Shown piece by piece: positions 46,068 through 54,218 of a stretch of 64,000 bases of DNA. Under the pieces are notes generated by a model. That model ran no database searches. It was given only the letters and a program-made list of their open reading frames with translations, and had not been told where the DNA came from. Within the stretch, counting starts at the first letter, position 1. Every line of letters begins with the position of its first letter. Made by a program: the position numbers and the translations under genes. The stretch is from a virus. Taxonomy: Duplodnaviria > Caudoviricetes. Location of the stretch: positions 32,001 to 96,000 of IMG/VR virus record IMGVR_UViG_3300005326_000040. One strand, given 5' to 3'.

Positions 46068-46379
46068 GTGGAGCAAACGATGACAACGATTATCGTTAAC
46101 ATATCGGATGACCTTTCCCTTGCAGATCGTGCCTACACGGTGGACGATTTGCAATTCTTGCTGAGTGATGCCTTGCGGTCTCACGGGATTGGCTGTCACC
46201 TTACGGTGCTCCCAACCGAGACAGACGAGCAACGGATCATTCAGATCATCCAAGAAAGCAAAAGTGTTTTGCACGCCATCAAAAGCGTACGAAGCACTTT
46301 TGGGTTTGATCTGCTCACCTCCAAGAGAATCGTGGAAGACCTTATCGCCAAAGGTACAACTGTGGGCGGGAAGTTGTAG
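46068..46379 (+). CDS. Hypothetical protein with L7/L12 C-terminal-like motif
   Basis: AIKSVRSTFGFDLLTSKRIVE resembles the phage L7/L12-CTD-like pattern (AIKxxRxxTGxxLxEAKxxVE). Confidence 0.55.
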   Translation: MEQTMTTIIVNISDDLSLADRAYTVDDLQFLLSDALRSHGIGCHLTVLPTETDEQRIIQIIQESKSVLHAIKSVRSTFGFDLLTSKRIVEDLIAKGTTVGGKL

Positions 46380-46391
46380 AGGGAGGACACC

Positions 46392-46784
46392 ATGCCAGCA
46401 GTGAGTCGTAAAGAAATCGATCATGAGCGTGAAGTTGACGCTCAACTCAAAACGGACCTTTGTAACCTTGCATGGTACGGGTCCGACAATCCTGAGGTTG
46501 TCAAACGAGCGGAGGCCAAGGAACGTGAGTGGAGCGAGAAGCACTATCGCTCTTTCATGGACGACCAGTTGGAGAGTCTTCGTTGTACTCTGCACAAAGA
46601 GATGATGGAAGACTTGTTGGATGACGATTTGGAAGCCTGTCAAGACAGGAGGGCAACTTCCAGGGACATCAGCGATGACCCTTACGACGCTCTGGACTTC
46701 CACGAGCCTTCGCCGTATGTCGAACAGGAGCCGGACTACGAGTCGGCGGCCGAAGAGTTCGCAGATTACGACGAGTACGATTGA
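46392..46784 (+). CDS. Acidic hypothetical protein
   Basis: 130 aa, GGAGG RBS. Confidence 0.75.
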   Translation: MPAVSRKEIDHEREVDAQLKTDLCNLAWYGSDNPEVVKRAEAKEREWSEKHYRSFMDDQLESLRCTLHKEMMEDLLDDDLEACQDRRATSRDISDDPYDALDFHEPSPYVEQEPDYESAAEEFADYDEYD

Positions 46785-46795
46785 AGGGAGGAGAT

Positions 46796-47233
46796 ATGAT
46801 TCACATCTATACAAGCACTGTGGTTCCTCTCGCCACGGTGGAGAATCACGTCGGCTATATGGCTGACCTTAATCTGCTTGAAGACTACAGGTTGGTTCAT
46901 CTCGATCACACTGCTCCGCACAACTTTCAGGCGGAAGAAGCGGAGAAGGTGATTGAGAAGCACAAGGCCAAGCCGCGCTTCATCTACGCGGTTGCTTGTG
47001 TGATGGAACCGGCGATTCTCCGGATTCTTCGGAGGGTCAGGGAGGGCAAGCTTTCCCACGAAGATGTCAAGGTTTTCGTTCTCTCATACGACGCCAACGA
47101 AAAGGAGGAAGTTTGCGAGTGTCGAGTGGATGGCGATGGGGACTTCATTGACTCCTGGCCTGATGGGTTTTTCGAGGCATGTTCCAAAGAGTTGTTTGCG
47201 GAAGGGGATACTGATGGCACCACGAACGCCTGA
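46796..47233 (+). CDS. Hypothetical protein
   Basis: About 145 aa, GGAGG RBS. VDGDGDFIDSWPDGFFE resembles DUF3696-like tails. Confidence 0.7.
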   Translation: MIHIYTSTVVPLATVENHVGYMADLNLLEDYRLVHLDHTAPHNFQAEEAEKVIEKHKAKPRFIYAVACVMEPAILRILRRVREGKLSHEDVKVFVLSYDANEKEEVCECRVDGDGDFIDSWPDGFFEACSKELFAEGDTDGTTNA

Positions 47234-47855
47234 GAGCAATCGTAGGCCGCCGACGATTAGTGACAAGCAGTTGGTCAATCGTCGCATCCGAGTGGTCTAT
47301 CGGCGCCGCAGCATTGACTCCTATCACAACATCATCTATCACGATGATATCGAATGTGAGGGGGTTCTTCGGCTCAATCCTTCGGGATATGGGTTGACGG
47401 TGTTGACGGATGACGGTCGGTCGGTTGGGTACTTCCGCGCCGACTGTCCACTCCAACGCGACGAACCGATGCCCAGTGATTTCTCCCACATGAAGGGATA
47501 CGATGGGCACGCTGATTTGAGCTATGAGTTGACGCCGGTATCCGACGAAGTGATTCCGGTGGCGACACCGGAGAACGTCGGGGAACCGGCGAAGTCTCCG
47601 GTGATGTATTACCGAAGTGAGGCTCAAGGCGTTCTCAGGAACGACCTGAACAACACAGTCGTTGGTACGATGGAATCGTATCGAGTATGGGTCGTCACCC
47701 AGAATCAGTGGCTGGAGGTCACTGAAACAATTATGAAGATGTTGTATGGGTCGGAGAGTAATCTTCGGCGCTGGCATCCTCAGGGTGAAAAGGTTTCAAC
47801 GTTCTACGATCACTTCGAAAGGAACTTCCCTGGGGTATCCCTGGGACTTGCGTGA
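47214..47855 (+). CDS. Hypothetical protein
   Basis: About 213 aa, stop just before H9. Confidence 0.7.
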   Translation: MAPRTPESNRRPPTISDKQLVNRRIRVVYRRRSIDSYHNIIYHDDIECEGVLRLNPSGYGLTVLTDDGRSVGYFRADCPLQRDEPMPSDFSHMKGYDGHADLSYELTPVSDEVIPVATPENVGEPAKSPVMYYRSEAQGVLRNDLNNTVVGTMESYRVWVVTQNQWLEVTETIMKMLYGSESNLRRWHPQGEKVSTFYDHFERNFPGVSLGLA

Positions 47856-47863
47856 GGGGTTGG

Positions 47864-47914
47864 TCGCCCGGTATCGTTCTTGGAACGGTATCGGGCGATG
47901 CTGTTTTTATTTAA
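47864..47914 (+). repeat. Intergenic hairpin repeat H9 (subfamily B)
   Basis: TCGCCCGGTATCGTTC-TTG-GAACGGTATCGGGCGA then TGCTGTTTTTATTTAA. Confidence 0.85.
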
Positions 47915-47933
47915 CGATACCAGGAGGATTACC

Positions 47934-48200
47934 ATGTGCATGTCGATTGACGACAAGGTTCCCTTCAAGTGGACGCCGCACGAGCAGGCTTCCCACGTTA
48001 TCATTGGATACTGTGCCAAGTGTGGAAGTGGCGGTATCATGATGACGGCGAAGAACGAACTGGAAGCCTACAGGATGAGGAAGTGGTATCGAGCCCACGG
48101 TTATCCGAAGGCTCGAATCGAACTGGACAATGAGGAGACCTCCAAGCAGGTTTCGGATGAGTTGACGGACCTCATCTGTTGGGAAGACTCTCACGTCTGA
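47934..48200 (+). CDS. Hypothetical protein
   Basis: 88 aa, AGGAGG RBS. Confidence 0.7.
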   Translation: MCMSIDDKVPFKWTPHEQASHVIIGYCAKCGSGGIMMTAKNELEAYRMRKWYRAHGYPKARIELDNEETSKQVSDELTDLICWEDSHV

Positions 48201-48245
48201 GTCGGGATAACGCCGCAAAGAAATCCTTTTCAAAGGGAGAGAGTT

Positions 48246-48779
48246 ATGAACCAGAGCAACATGATTGCCATGGCTACGAGCCCTTCATCGTTCGACATGT
48301 TCAAGTTGACGGAGATTCTCGTCAACTGCGGAGGGACGATCTTCGGTGGGTTCGTGAGGGACATGGTGGCTGGGCAGTTGGACTTCGTGAGCGACATCGA
48401 CGTGAGTATGCGTCAGGAGTTCAAGCTCCAGTATCTCATGGCAAGGCTTATCAAAGAATACCAGCAAGTGCTGGTGTCGGCCTTGCCTGTGAAGAATTAC
48501 GGGAGAGGGAACCCCGACGGGTTCCGGTTGACTGTGGACGGTATTGATGTTGATATCGTTTGCGAGGCCGATCGAGGAATCCTTGACCTCGACGTGAATG
48601 GGCTCCTGTGGGACAATAATGGGTTGAGGTTGGATATCAGCCGATATCGTGTCAACGGGGACACCTTCGTTCAGTTGGTTCAACGGATTCAGCAGAAGCA
48701 GTTCCGTCGAATCGACGTTCCGCTGTGGCGGGAGAGGAAGGTGGCGAAGCTGAAGTCGATGGGGTGGACGGAAGTGTGA
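48246..48779 (+). CDS. Minimal nucleotidyltransferase (CCA-adding/poly(A) polymerase head-like)
   Basis: IFGGFVRD...SDIDV signature, third acidic strand IDVDIV, DLDVNGL (DFxINAL-like). No body or tail domain. Confidence 0.75.
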   Translation: MNQSNMIAMATSPSSFDMFKLTEILVNCGGTIFGGFVRDMVAGQLDFVSDIDVSMRQEFKLQYLMARLIKEYQQVLVSALPVKNYGRGNPDGFRLTVDGIDVDIVCEADRGILDLDVNGLLWDNNGLRLDISRYRVNGDTFVQLVQRIQQKQFRRIDVPLWRERKVAKLKSMGWTEV

Positions 48780-48787
48780 GGGTAGGG

Positions 48788-48848
48788 ATGGTGTTCGCCC
48801 GTTATTCGGCTATAGAGCCGAGTGACGGGCGATGCTGTTTTCTTTTAA
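48788..48848 (+). repeat. Intergenic hairpin repeat H10 (subfamily B)
   Basis: Copy of H8 with one U.G to U-A compatible change. Confidence 0.9.
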
Positions 48849-48876
48849 TGAGGGCGTCATTGAAAGGACAAGAAGA

Positions 48877-49476
48877 ATGATCAAGACAATCAACAGCAAC
48901 ATCGTCAAGTGCTTCGACAGCTTCTGCGTTGGGACCAAGATCAAGAATGTCGAAGCGTTCTTGAGGCTGTTGGAAGCAGCCATCGAGAGTTTCGATTGGT
49001 CGTCCTGTAAGGCACCAGGGCAAGCCAAGATTCCGATGTCCACCGAAGCGTGTCAGCACGTTTACTCGGGGATTGGTTTGAAGACAGAGAACCCCAACGA
49101 TTACGTGATTCGTCAGTGGCGTGGTTCGGTAGCGATGTATCTCAAGAGGGAGCACGCCATTGCTTGTGATTCAGTGAAGGTCATTGTGTATACGAAGCAG
49201 GCGTATCTCGATGACCCGGATTGCAAGGGGAATCCTGAGAAGGGAATTATCGGGGACGAAGAGGAATACAATCGGGTAAGTCAGTCCGATTGTACACACG
49301 TTCTGATAGCGGTTCAGGCGGACGCTGGTCCGGAGAGTCCAGTTGCACCGGGGCGGTTCGTAGCGAACCTAGCCGGTGCGAACAATGAGTACGAGGCCAA
49401 AACCGCCGAGCAGCTTCAACAATTGGCGAGAGAGATTCGCGACTACTATGCGACGTATATGGTGGTTGCGGACTGA
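48877..49476 (+). CDS. Hypothetical protein
   Basis: 199 aa, AAAGGA RBS. Confidence 0.8.
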   Translation: MIKTINSNIVKCFDSFCVGTKIKNVEAFLRLLEAAIESFDWSSCKAPGQAKIPMSTEACQHVYSGIGLKTENPNDYVIRQWRGSVAMYLKREHAIACDSVKVIVYTKQAYLDDPDCKGNPEKGIIGDEEEYNRVSQSDCTHVLIAVQADAGPESPVAPGRFVANLAGANNEYEAKTAEQLQQLAREIRDYYATYMVVAD

Positions 49477-49552
49477 CAAGTAACTTCTCGTTGGTTGTTT
49501 GAAGGGTAATTACCGGGAGATAATGTAATGAAGATTGGAATCTGAGCAGTAA

Positions 49553-49640
49553 GGCCCGCTGGTGGAAATGGTGAGACACACAGGATTTAAAATCCTGCGG
49601 CCGAAAGGTCATAAGGGTTCGACTCCCTTGCGGGCTACCA
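49553..49640 (+). tRNA. trnL: tRNA-Leu (anticodon TAA)
   Basis: GGCCCGC/GCGGGCT acceptor, CAGGA-TTTAAAA-TCCTG anticodon arm, long variable arm, AAGGG-TTCGACT-CCCTT T arm, A73 and encoded CCA. Confidence 0.95.
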
Positions 49641-49660
49641 ATGGTTTGAAGGAGGTTTTT

Positions 49661-50017
49661 ATGGGGCGAAAGAAGAAGACGAAGGCTGATTACGAGGAGC
49701 TACCGTTTAGACTGGGTAATTCTAGACGCCTTCAAGTAGATGGAGTAGTAAAGAAGATGGCGCCTGGAAGATTGGACGAATGGAGGTGGGACCAATATGG
49801 TCGGTCGATAAAGGGGTTGGAATATTTTAACTTGCTTCATCAGGTTTGGGGTAGGATTGAAAGAATAACTCCAGTCCTTCACGTAGTCTACATATTCAAA
49901 GATGAAGTTACGTGGGGACGGCGAGAGTGTTGGGTAAAGCTGAAGAATGGTAAGATGGTAGAGTGGTCGAAGAAGGCGATAAGCTGGAAAGAATATCGCG
50001 AGACGCAGTATCGGTAG
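49661..50017 (+). CDS. Hypothetical protein
   Basis: 118 aa, GGAGG RBS. Confidence 0.7.
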   Translation: MGRKKKTKADYEELPFRLGNSRRLQVDGVVKKMAPGRLDEWRWDQYGRSIKGLEYFNLLHQVWGRIERITPVLHVVYIFKDEVTWGRRECWVKLKNGKMVEWSKKAISWKEYRETQYR

Positions 50018-50025
50018 TGATTGAT

Positions 50026-50105
50026 GGGGCGATAAGGTATATGGGGATATCTATTAGAATGTAATAGATATCTTTTAGAAGGTTCAAATCCTTCTAGGCC
50101 CGCCA
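50026..50105 (+). ncRNA. tRNA-like element with an 11-bp perfect stem in place of the anticodon arm
   Basis: GATATCTATTA-GAATG-TAATAGATATC, T arm (TA)GAAGG-TTCAAAT-CCTTC(TA), 3' GGCCC-G-CCA, weak D arm. Confidence 0.65.
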
Positions 50106-50134
50106 ACGAATTGGGATTTGAAAGGAACGATGAG

Positions 50135-50476
50135 ATGCCGGTTCACAAGTGGAGTGAAATCAAGAATAAAATGGCGCCAGAACGTCAGGAGAGACTTCGC
50201 GCCGAAACTGACAAGCTGCTCACTGAGATTGAGAACAAGGTAACGGTGTGCAGTTTGCGTGAACTGCGTGAGATGGTTGGCAAGACTCAAGCTGAGGTTG
50301 GCAGCAGTCTTGGAATGACTCAATCTCAAGTCTCCAAGCTCGAACGGCGCAAGGACCATCTTCTTTCAACGATTCGGCGTTATGTTGAAGCGTTGGGAGG
50401 CGAGCTTCAAGTGAGTGTGATTATTGAGGGGAAAAGAATAACGTTGGTTGGAGGACAAAAGCTTCATCGAGAGTGA
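50135..50476 (+). CDS. XRE-family HTH protein, HigA-like antitoxin
   Basis: LRELREMVGKTQAEVGSSLGMTQSQVSKLERRKDHLLSTIRRYVEALGGELQV. Confidence 0.88.
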   Translation: MPVHKWSEIKNKMAPERQERLRAETDKLLTEIENKVTVCSLRELREMVGKTQAEVGSSLGMTQSQVSKLERRKDHLLSTIRRYVEALGGELQVSVIIEGKRITLVGGQKLHRE

Positions 50477-50497
50477 AGCTTTGAAAGGAAAGCTGAG

Positions 50498-50932
50498 ATG
50501 CCGGTACAGATTACATACAAGGCGGCGCAGATTCTCGCTGAAGCAGAAAAGGTGAATCTGGAAGACGCGATTCAACTCAACCAATATGGGGCGTTGTTTC
50601 GATGTCAGGAGGGAACGGAGGTAGGCAGGACTCTTGGGGAGGAGGGGCCGAAGTATTACATATGGGGGTCTAAGCCAAGGATTCCTCAGGGGCCGGGAGG
50701 GGTTGAGGGGGACGTTCAGGAGACGCTCAAGCGGCTGAAGGAAACCATCATTGGTTTGGTTCAAGTTGCCGTACCAGCATTGATGAAGCTGGCTGTAGCA
50801 AAGGATAGGGTTACGCTTCTCGACGCAATTGGTTTTGATCAAGATGAAAAAGCCAAGGCTGTGAAGGCTAGATTGGAAAAGGAGATTCAAGACCTTCAGA
50901 CTGAAGTGACGGCTTTGTTGTACAGCATGTAG
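50498..50932 (+). CDS. Hypothetical protein
   Basis: 144 aa. Confidence 0.75.
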   Translation: MPVQITYKAAQILAEAEKVNLEDAIQLNQYGALFRCQEGTEVGRTLGEEGPKYYIWGSKPRIPQGPGGVEGDVQETLKRLKETIIGLVQVAVPALMKLAVAKDRVTLLDAIGFDQDEKAKAVKARLEKEIQDLQTEVTALLYSM

Positions 50933-50940
50933 GAGGAGAG

Positions 50941-51237
50941 ATGAGAAAAATCTTCTTGCTCCTCTTTGATACTGGGGATTACGAAGACCGTGAATCAGTC
51001 CCAGTCAAAGCCTTTGTGGATGAAACAAAGGTTCAGGCTTTGAGGGACAGCCTCAATAATAAGTTGGCTGAAAAGAACCTGTATCTTCAAGGAGATGAGG
51101 ATAACGCCGTCATTTTCAGCGGAACCAACGCAATGGCTCTTGAAAAGGAGCTTAAGGACATTTACAGCATTGATGTAAGAATCTACAGCACAGGAGGATA
51201 CTTCAGCGTAACTCATATACAGTTGGACGAAAGTTAG
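50941..51237 (+). CDS. Hypothetical protein
   Basis: 98 aa, AGGAGG RBS. Confidence 0.75.
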   Translation: MRKIFLLLFDTGDYEDRESVPVKAFVDETKVQALRDSLNNKLAEKNLYLQGDEDNAVIFSGTNAMALEKELKDIYSIDVRIYSTGGYFSVTHIQLDES

Positions 51238-51300
51238 GATAGCGGCTAGGATAACATTCCGGATCAACAACGATTTCCAGTATTGAAAGGCAGGATTACC

Positions 51301-51567
51301 ATGGCATTTACATTCGGAACTCTCGCTTCCAAGTTGGCTCCCTCGGCTGAAACCAAGAAGCTTTCGGCGACGCAGCAGCGGAAGATGATTGCTGCTGAGA
51401 TTGGGGAGAAGGTGAAGGGTGCTGGGAATCCTCAGCTGATGTTGGAGATTGTGGTTCGGCACATCAATAACCTTCATCGTCGAGACCTTGGGTACGTAGA
51501 CATGAAGAACCCGGCCCATATGGAAAGGGTGGCGGACTTCGTGGCGGCGTGTTTGAGGGTGAAGTAA
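51301..51567 (+). CDS. Hypothetical protein
   Basis: 88 aa. Confidence 0.7.
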   Translation: MAFTFGTLASKLAPSAETKKLSATQQRKMIAAEIGEKVKGAGNPQLMLEIVVRHINNLHRRDLGYVDMKNPAHMERVADFVAACLRVK

Positions 51568-51758
51568 TGAAAGTCATTCAGATTTCGGAACAACAACTGG
51601 ACTTGTTGTTCGAGACGGCGCTAGCCACCATCACGAATCACATCCTTCGGGGGAAGGAAAGGACAGCAGACTTTACTGGACAGAACGAACTTGATTCTGC
51701 TCAGCGTAACATTCACTATCACATGACAATGTTGAAGGAAGCTGTGAAGACTGGATAA
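51567..51758 (+). CDS. Hypothetical protein
   Basis: 63 aa, TAATG coupling. Confidence 0.65.
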   Translation: MKVIQISEQQLDLLFETALATITNHILRGKERTADFTGQNELDSAQRNIHYHMTMLKEAVKTG

Positions 51759-51770
51759 TCTCACCGAGCG

Positions 51771-51847
51771 AGGTAGAGTAAATGGGAACACAAGGCCCGA
51801 CCAATCATTCGATTGGGGTGAAGGTTCGAATCCTTCTCTATCTTCTA
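51771..51847 (+). ncRNA. Anticodon-less tRNA-like RNA (ATTC tetraloop)
   Basis: Acceptor AGGTAGA/TCTATCT, hairpin CCAATC-ATTC-GATTGG, T arm GAAGG-TTCGAAT-CCTTC, 3' T-CTA, degenerate D arm. Confidence 0.75.
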
Positions 51848-51863
51848 ATGAAAGGGGTTTGAA

Positions 51864-52160
51864 ATGCTAGTTGTAACGACACAATCGGGGCGATACATAG
51901 TGTTTGATGTCACTGAGTATCGACCTGGGATTCCTGTTCCACCAATCTATAACTTCTTCGCGGAGGGAGGAAAGAAACCTTTCTTCTATGAACCGCTTGA
52001 TTGGTTTCTTCGCGGTGAGAGGCCGTATCCGCCGCCATACAGCGCCTATCCGATGATGTTTTCCGAAGGATATGCGACGCAGGACGAGGCGCTGAGAGCG
52101 GCGGAAAAAACGGAAGCAATGAGAGATAGTTTGAGAGCAAAACTCTCTAGAAGGGAGTAA
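51864..52160 (+). CDS. Hypothetical protein, paralog of 53958-54218
   Basis: Shared SGRxxxFD, FFxPxDW and GYAxxxEALxAAE motifs. Confidence 0.75.
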   Translation: MLVVTTQSGRYIVFDVTEYRPGIPVPPIYNFFAEGGKKPFFYEPLDWFLRGERPYPPPYSAYPMMFSEGYATQDEALRAAEKTEAMRDSLRAKLSRRE

Positions 52161-52164
52161 GGTT

Positions 52165-52911
52165 ATGGCAAAGTACGAACCATACAGTCATGTTGTTTTC
52201 TTCCAGCGCAACGGCGATTCTGTGGAAACGTTGGCAGCTGGGTCCATCGACCCCGAAACCAACGAAATCAAAGACTTCACGATTACATACTTTGAAGATG
52301 GGAAACCGTTTCCCGCTACGAAGTATGAAGTCATCTTGGCGAAGGAATACTTCGTCGATGGTTTCCACGGAATGATGGCGCAGTTGGAGGAAGAGGATAA
52401 GCTCAGTTACGTATTGAGCTTTGCGACGGGGAGATATGAAGAACGGGAAACGAGCCCGGTTCTTGTAGTTTTTGGAAAGAAGTGCGCGTACAAACTGGTG
52501 ACCGATCTCAACAACAAGTTGGTAGAGGCTCGTCTGCACGAGGAAGAGGGGGACTTTAGGTATAGCGAAAAAGGTGCGGATGACTTCGCTGCGGCGGTCG
52601 AAAAGGAATACGGAATCACCATCACGTTCGCAAGCAATTATGGTGGTGCTTTCGATGTTACCTTGGTCCCGACGACGCTCAACATGCAAGGCCGAATTGA
52701 ACGAGCCAAGGCAGAAGCGCTGAGGGATGCGGCGGCTCTCGTGTTTGTTTGTAAGGATCGTTCTCCTGTTGAGTTGCGAGAGAAGATTATCGAGTTGATT
52801 CCGCCGTCACAATTGGACAAATGTTCCAAGTGTCATGGCAAGAGGGGCGGCGTACCCGGCAACGAAAACGTTGAAGATAGTGGGCTGCTTGTTTGCGACT
52901 ATTGCTCATAG
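52165..52911 (+). CDS. Hypothetical protein with C-terminal Zn-binding motif
   Basis: 248 aa, ends CSKC..GGVPGNEN....VCDYC. Confidence 0.8.
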   Translation: MAKYEPYSHVVFFQRNGDSVETLAAGSIDPETNEIKDFTITYFEDGKPFPATKYEVILAKEYFVDGFHGMMAQLEEEDKLSYVLSFATGRYEERETSPVLVVFGKKCAYKLVTDLNNKLVEARLHEEEGDFRYSEKGADDFAAAVEKEYGITITFASNYGGAFDVTLVPTTLNMQGRIERAKAEALRDAAALVFVCKDRSPVELREKIIELIPPSQLDKCSKCHGKRGGVPGNENVEDSGLLVCDYCS

Positions 52912-52924
52912 AAAGAGTGAAGCC

Positions 52925-53254
52925 ATGAATTCAAAGAATCAAGTGTCATCACCTTCTCGCACATACGTTGCGGTATGTAACAAGCCGAACTTCGACGGGC
53001 ACTACTTCAGGAAGTTCGATCTTCCAGAGAGCGTGCTCAATGGAATGCAATTGAATGATGGAACCTATATGGAAGGTTCTCATTCGTTCATTCTTCGCAA
53101 CAATACGGAGGATGCGTCTTGGTACTTCTTGAGCTTCCTCAATCGTGTTGCTTGCATTGATTGCGTCATCACTTGGGAGGATTATAACTCCCTGGAGAAC
53201 CAGGACGAACTCAACGCGAAGATAGAGGAAGAGTGGGCGAAGACGGGCAGTTGA
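52925..53254 (+). CDS. Hypothetical protein
   Basis: 109 aa. Confidence 0.7.
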   Translation: MNSKNQVSSPSRTYVAVCNKPNFDGHYFRKFDLPESVLNGMQLNDGTYMEGSHSFILRNNTEDASWYFLSFLNRVACIDCVITWEDYNSLENQDELNAKIEEEWAKTGS

Positions 53255-53265
53255 AGGGAGAAGTG

Positions 53266-53547
53266 ATGGGCAGACAAGTTCACACCATGCACCTTATCAA
53301 TTCCCTGGAAGAGTTGTTGTCTTGGGCGGGAGTTGATAAGTGGGAAACAGAAGAAGAGCGAGTCAAACATCGGAGGTTCTGGACGATTCGTTGGAACAGA
53401 CACGCTGAGAAACATGGGAATGTTCCCATGAAGATGAAGTGTGACGTATGCTCTGGAAAGGAGCGCAAGAACGATATCAAACACGGGAGGTTCAAGCCTT
53501 CTCAGCCGGATAAGGCATTGAGGAAAGAAAGAAAGGGAGAAGAGTAA
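53266..53547 (+). CDS. Hypothetical basic protein
   Basis: 93 aa. Confidence 0.65.
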   Translation: MGRQVHTMHLINSLEELLSWAGVDKWETEEERVKHRRFWTIRWNRHAEKHGNVPMKMKCDVCSGKERKNDIKHGRFKPSQPDKALRKERKGEE

Positions 53548-53738
53548 TGCCGCTAACAATCAACGATATGATTGCTCTGCTTGTGCGGATGAAGTCAGAG
53601 TCTCCGAAGGGAGGGAACACTGAGGTCTGTGTTCTTTTGCCTCACGAAGGGTACAAAGGGGTTACGGATGTGATGGCAGACAGGGACAATAATGGGGTTC
53701 CTGTGGTGCTTTTGATTGTTGGCGGGGAGTTGAGATAG
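53547..53738 (+). CDS. Hypothetical protein
   Basis: 63 aa, TAATG coupling. Confidence 0.65.
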   Translation: MPLTINDMIALLVRMKSESPKGGNTEVCVLLPHEGYKGVTDVMADRDNNGVPVVLLIVGGELR

Positions 53739-53739
53739 T

Positions 53740-53940
53740 ATGGGAAAGGATTCAAAAGAGTTCACTGTCGTCTATGACGATGTGGTTTTGCGTGACGATG
53801 AGACCATTGAGATTCACGCAAAACCTGGGACGGGATTGGTGTGCGGCGCTGCCAACGATTGCACAAGATTGAAAGGGCACAAAGGAAAACACGCTAATCT
53901 TTACAACGGGAGAAGGTGGGGAGGATATATTAGTTACTAA
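53740..53940 (+). CDS. Hypothetical protein
   Basis: 66 aa, Cys/His motif C...C...GHxGxH. Confidence 0.65.
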   Translation: MGKDSKEFTVVYDDVVLRDDETIEIHAKPGTGLVCGAANDCTRLKGHKGKHANLYNGRRWGGYISY

Positions 53941-53957
53941 GGAGCGTAGGAATTAAA

Positions 53958-54218
53958 ATGAAAACCAAGAGCGGTCGGCATGTCATTTTCGACGCAACTT
54001 CCCCCGAGTTCTTGAAGGGGCAGTTGTTGTCCAAAGACTTTGTGGATGCGGCTCCGAATGGGGAGCCGTGGTTCTTCCAACCTGCTGATTGGAACGAGGA
54101 AAACTTCTGGGGAGGATTGTACAGCAGGAAGTCTCCTTTCGCTTATTCTCCTGGGTATGCTTCTGCGGAAGAAGCATTGGAGGCGGCTGAGGGTTGGGAG
54201 AGCAGGAGAAAATCATGA
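53958..54218 (+). CDS. Hypothetical protein, paralog of 51864-52160
   Basis: Shared motifs with 51864-52160. Confidence 0.75.
   Translation: MKTKSGRHVIFDATSPEFLKGQLLSKDFVDAAPNGEPWFFQPADWNEENFWGGLYSRKSPFAYSPGYASAEEALEAAEGWESRRKS

Noticed and set aside
39920-48848. Integron attC cassette array
   Set aside because: Position and GTTAA ends are suggestive, but there is no RYYYAAC inverse core, no integrase in the window, and G.U pairs with UUCG loops favour an RNA fold on the transcribed strand. Kept only as an alternative.
38222-49612. Long minus-strand ORFs in the GC-rich region (e.g. 38222-38905, 42257-43033, 46062-46814, 47145-47777)
   Set aside because: They are antisense shadows of RBS-bearing plus-strand genes, expected at high GC, with no motifs or RBS.
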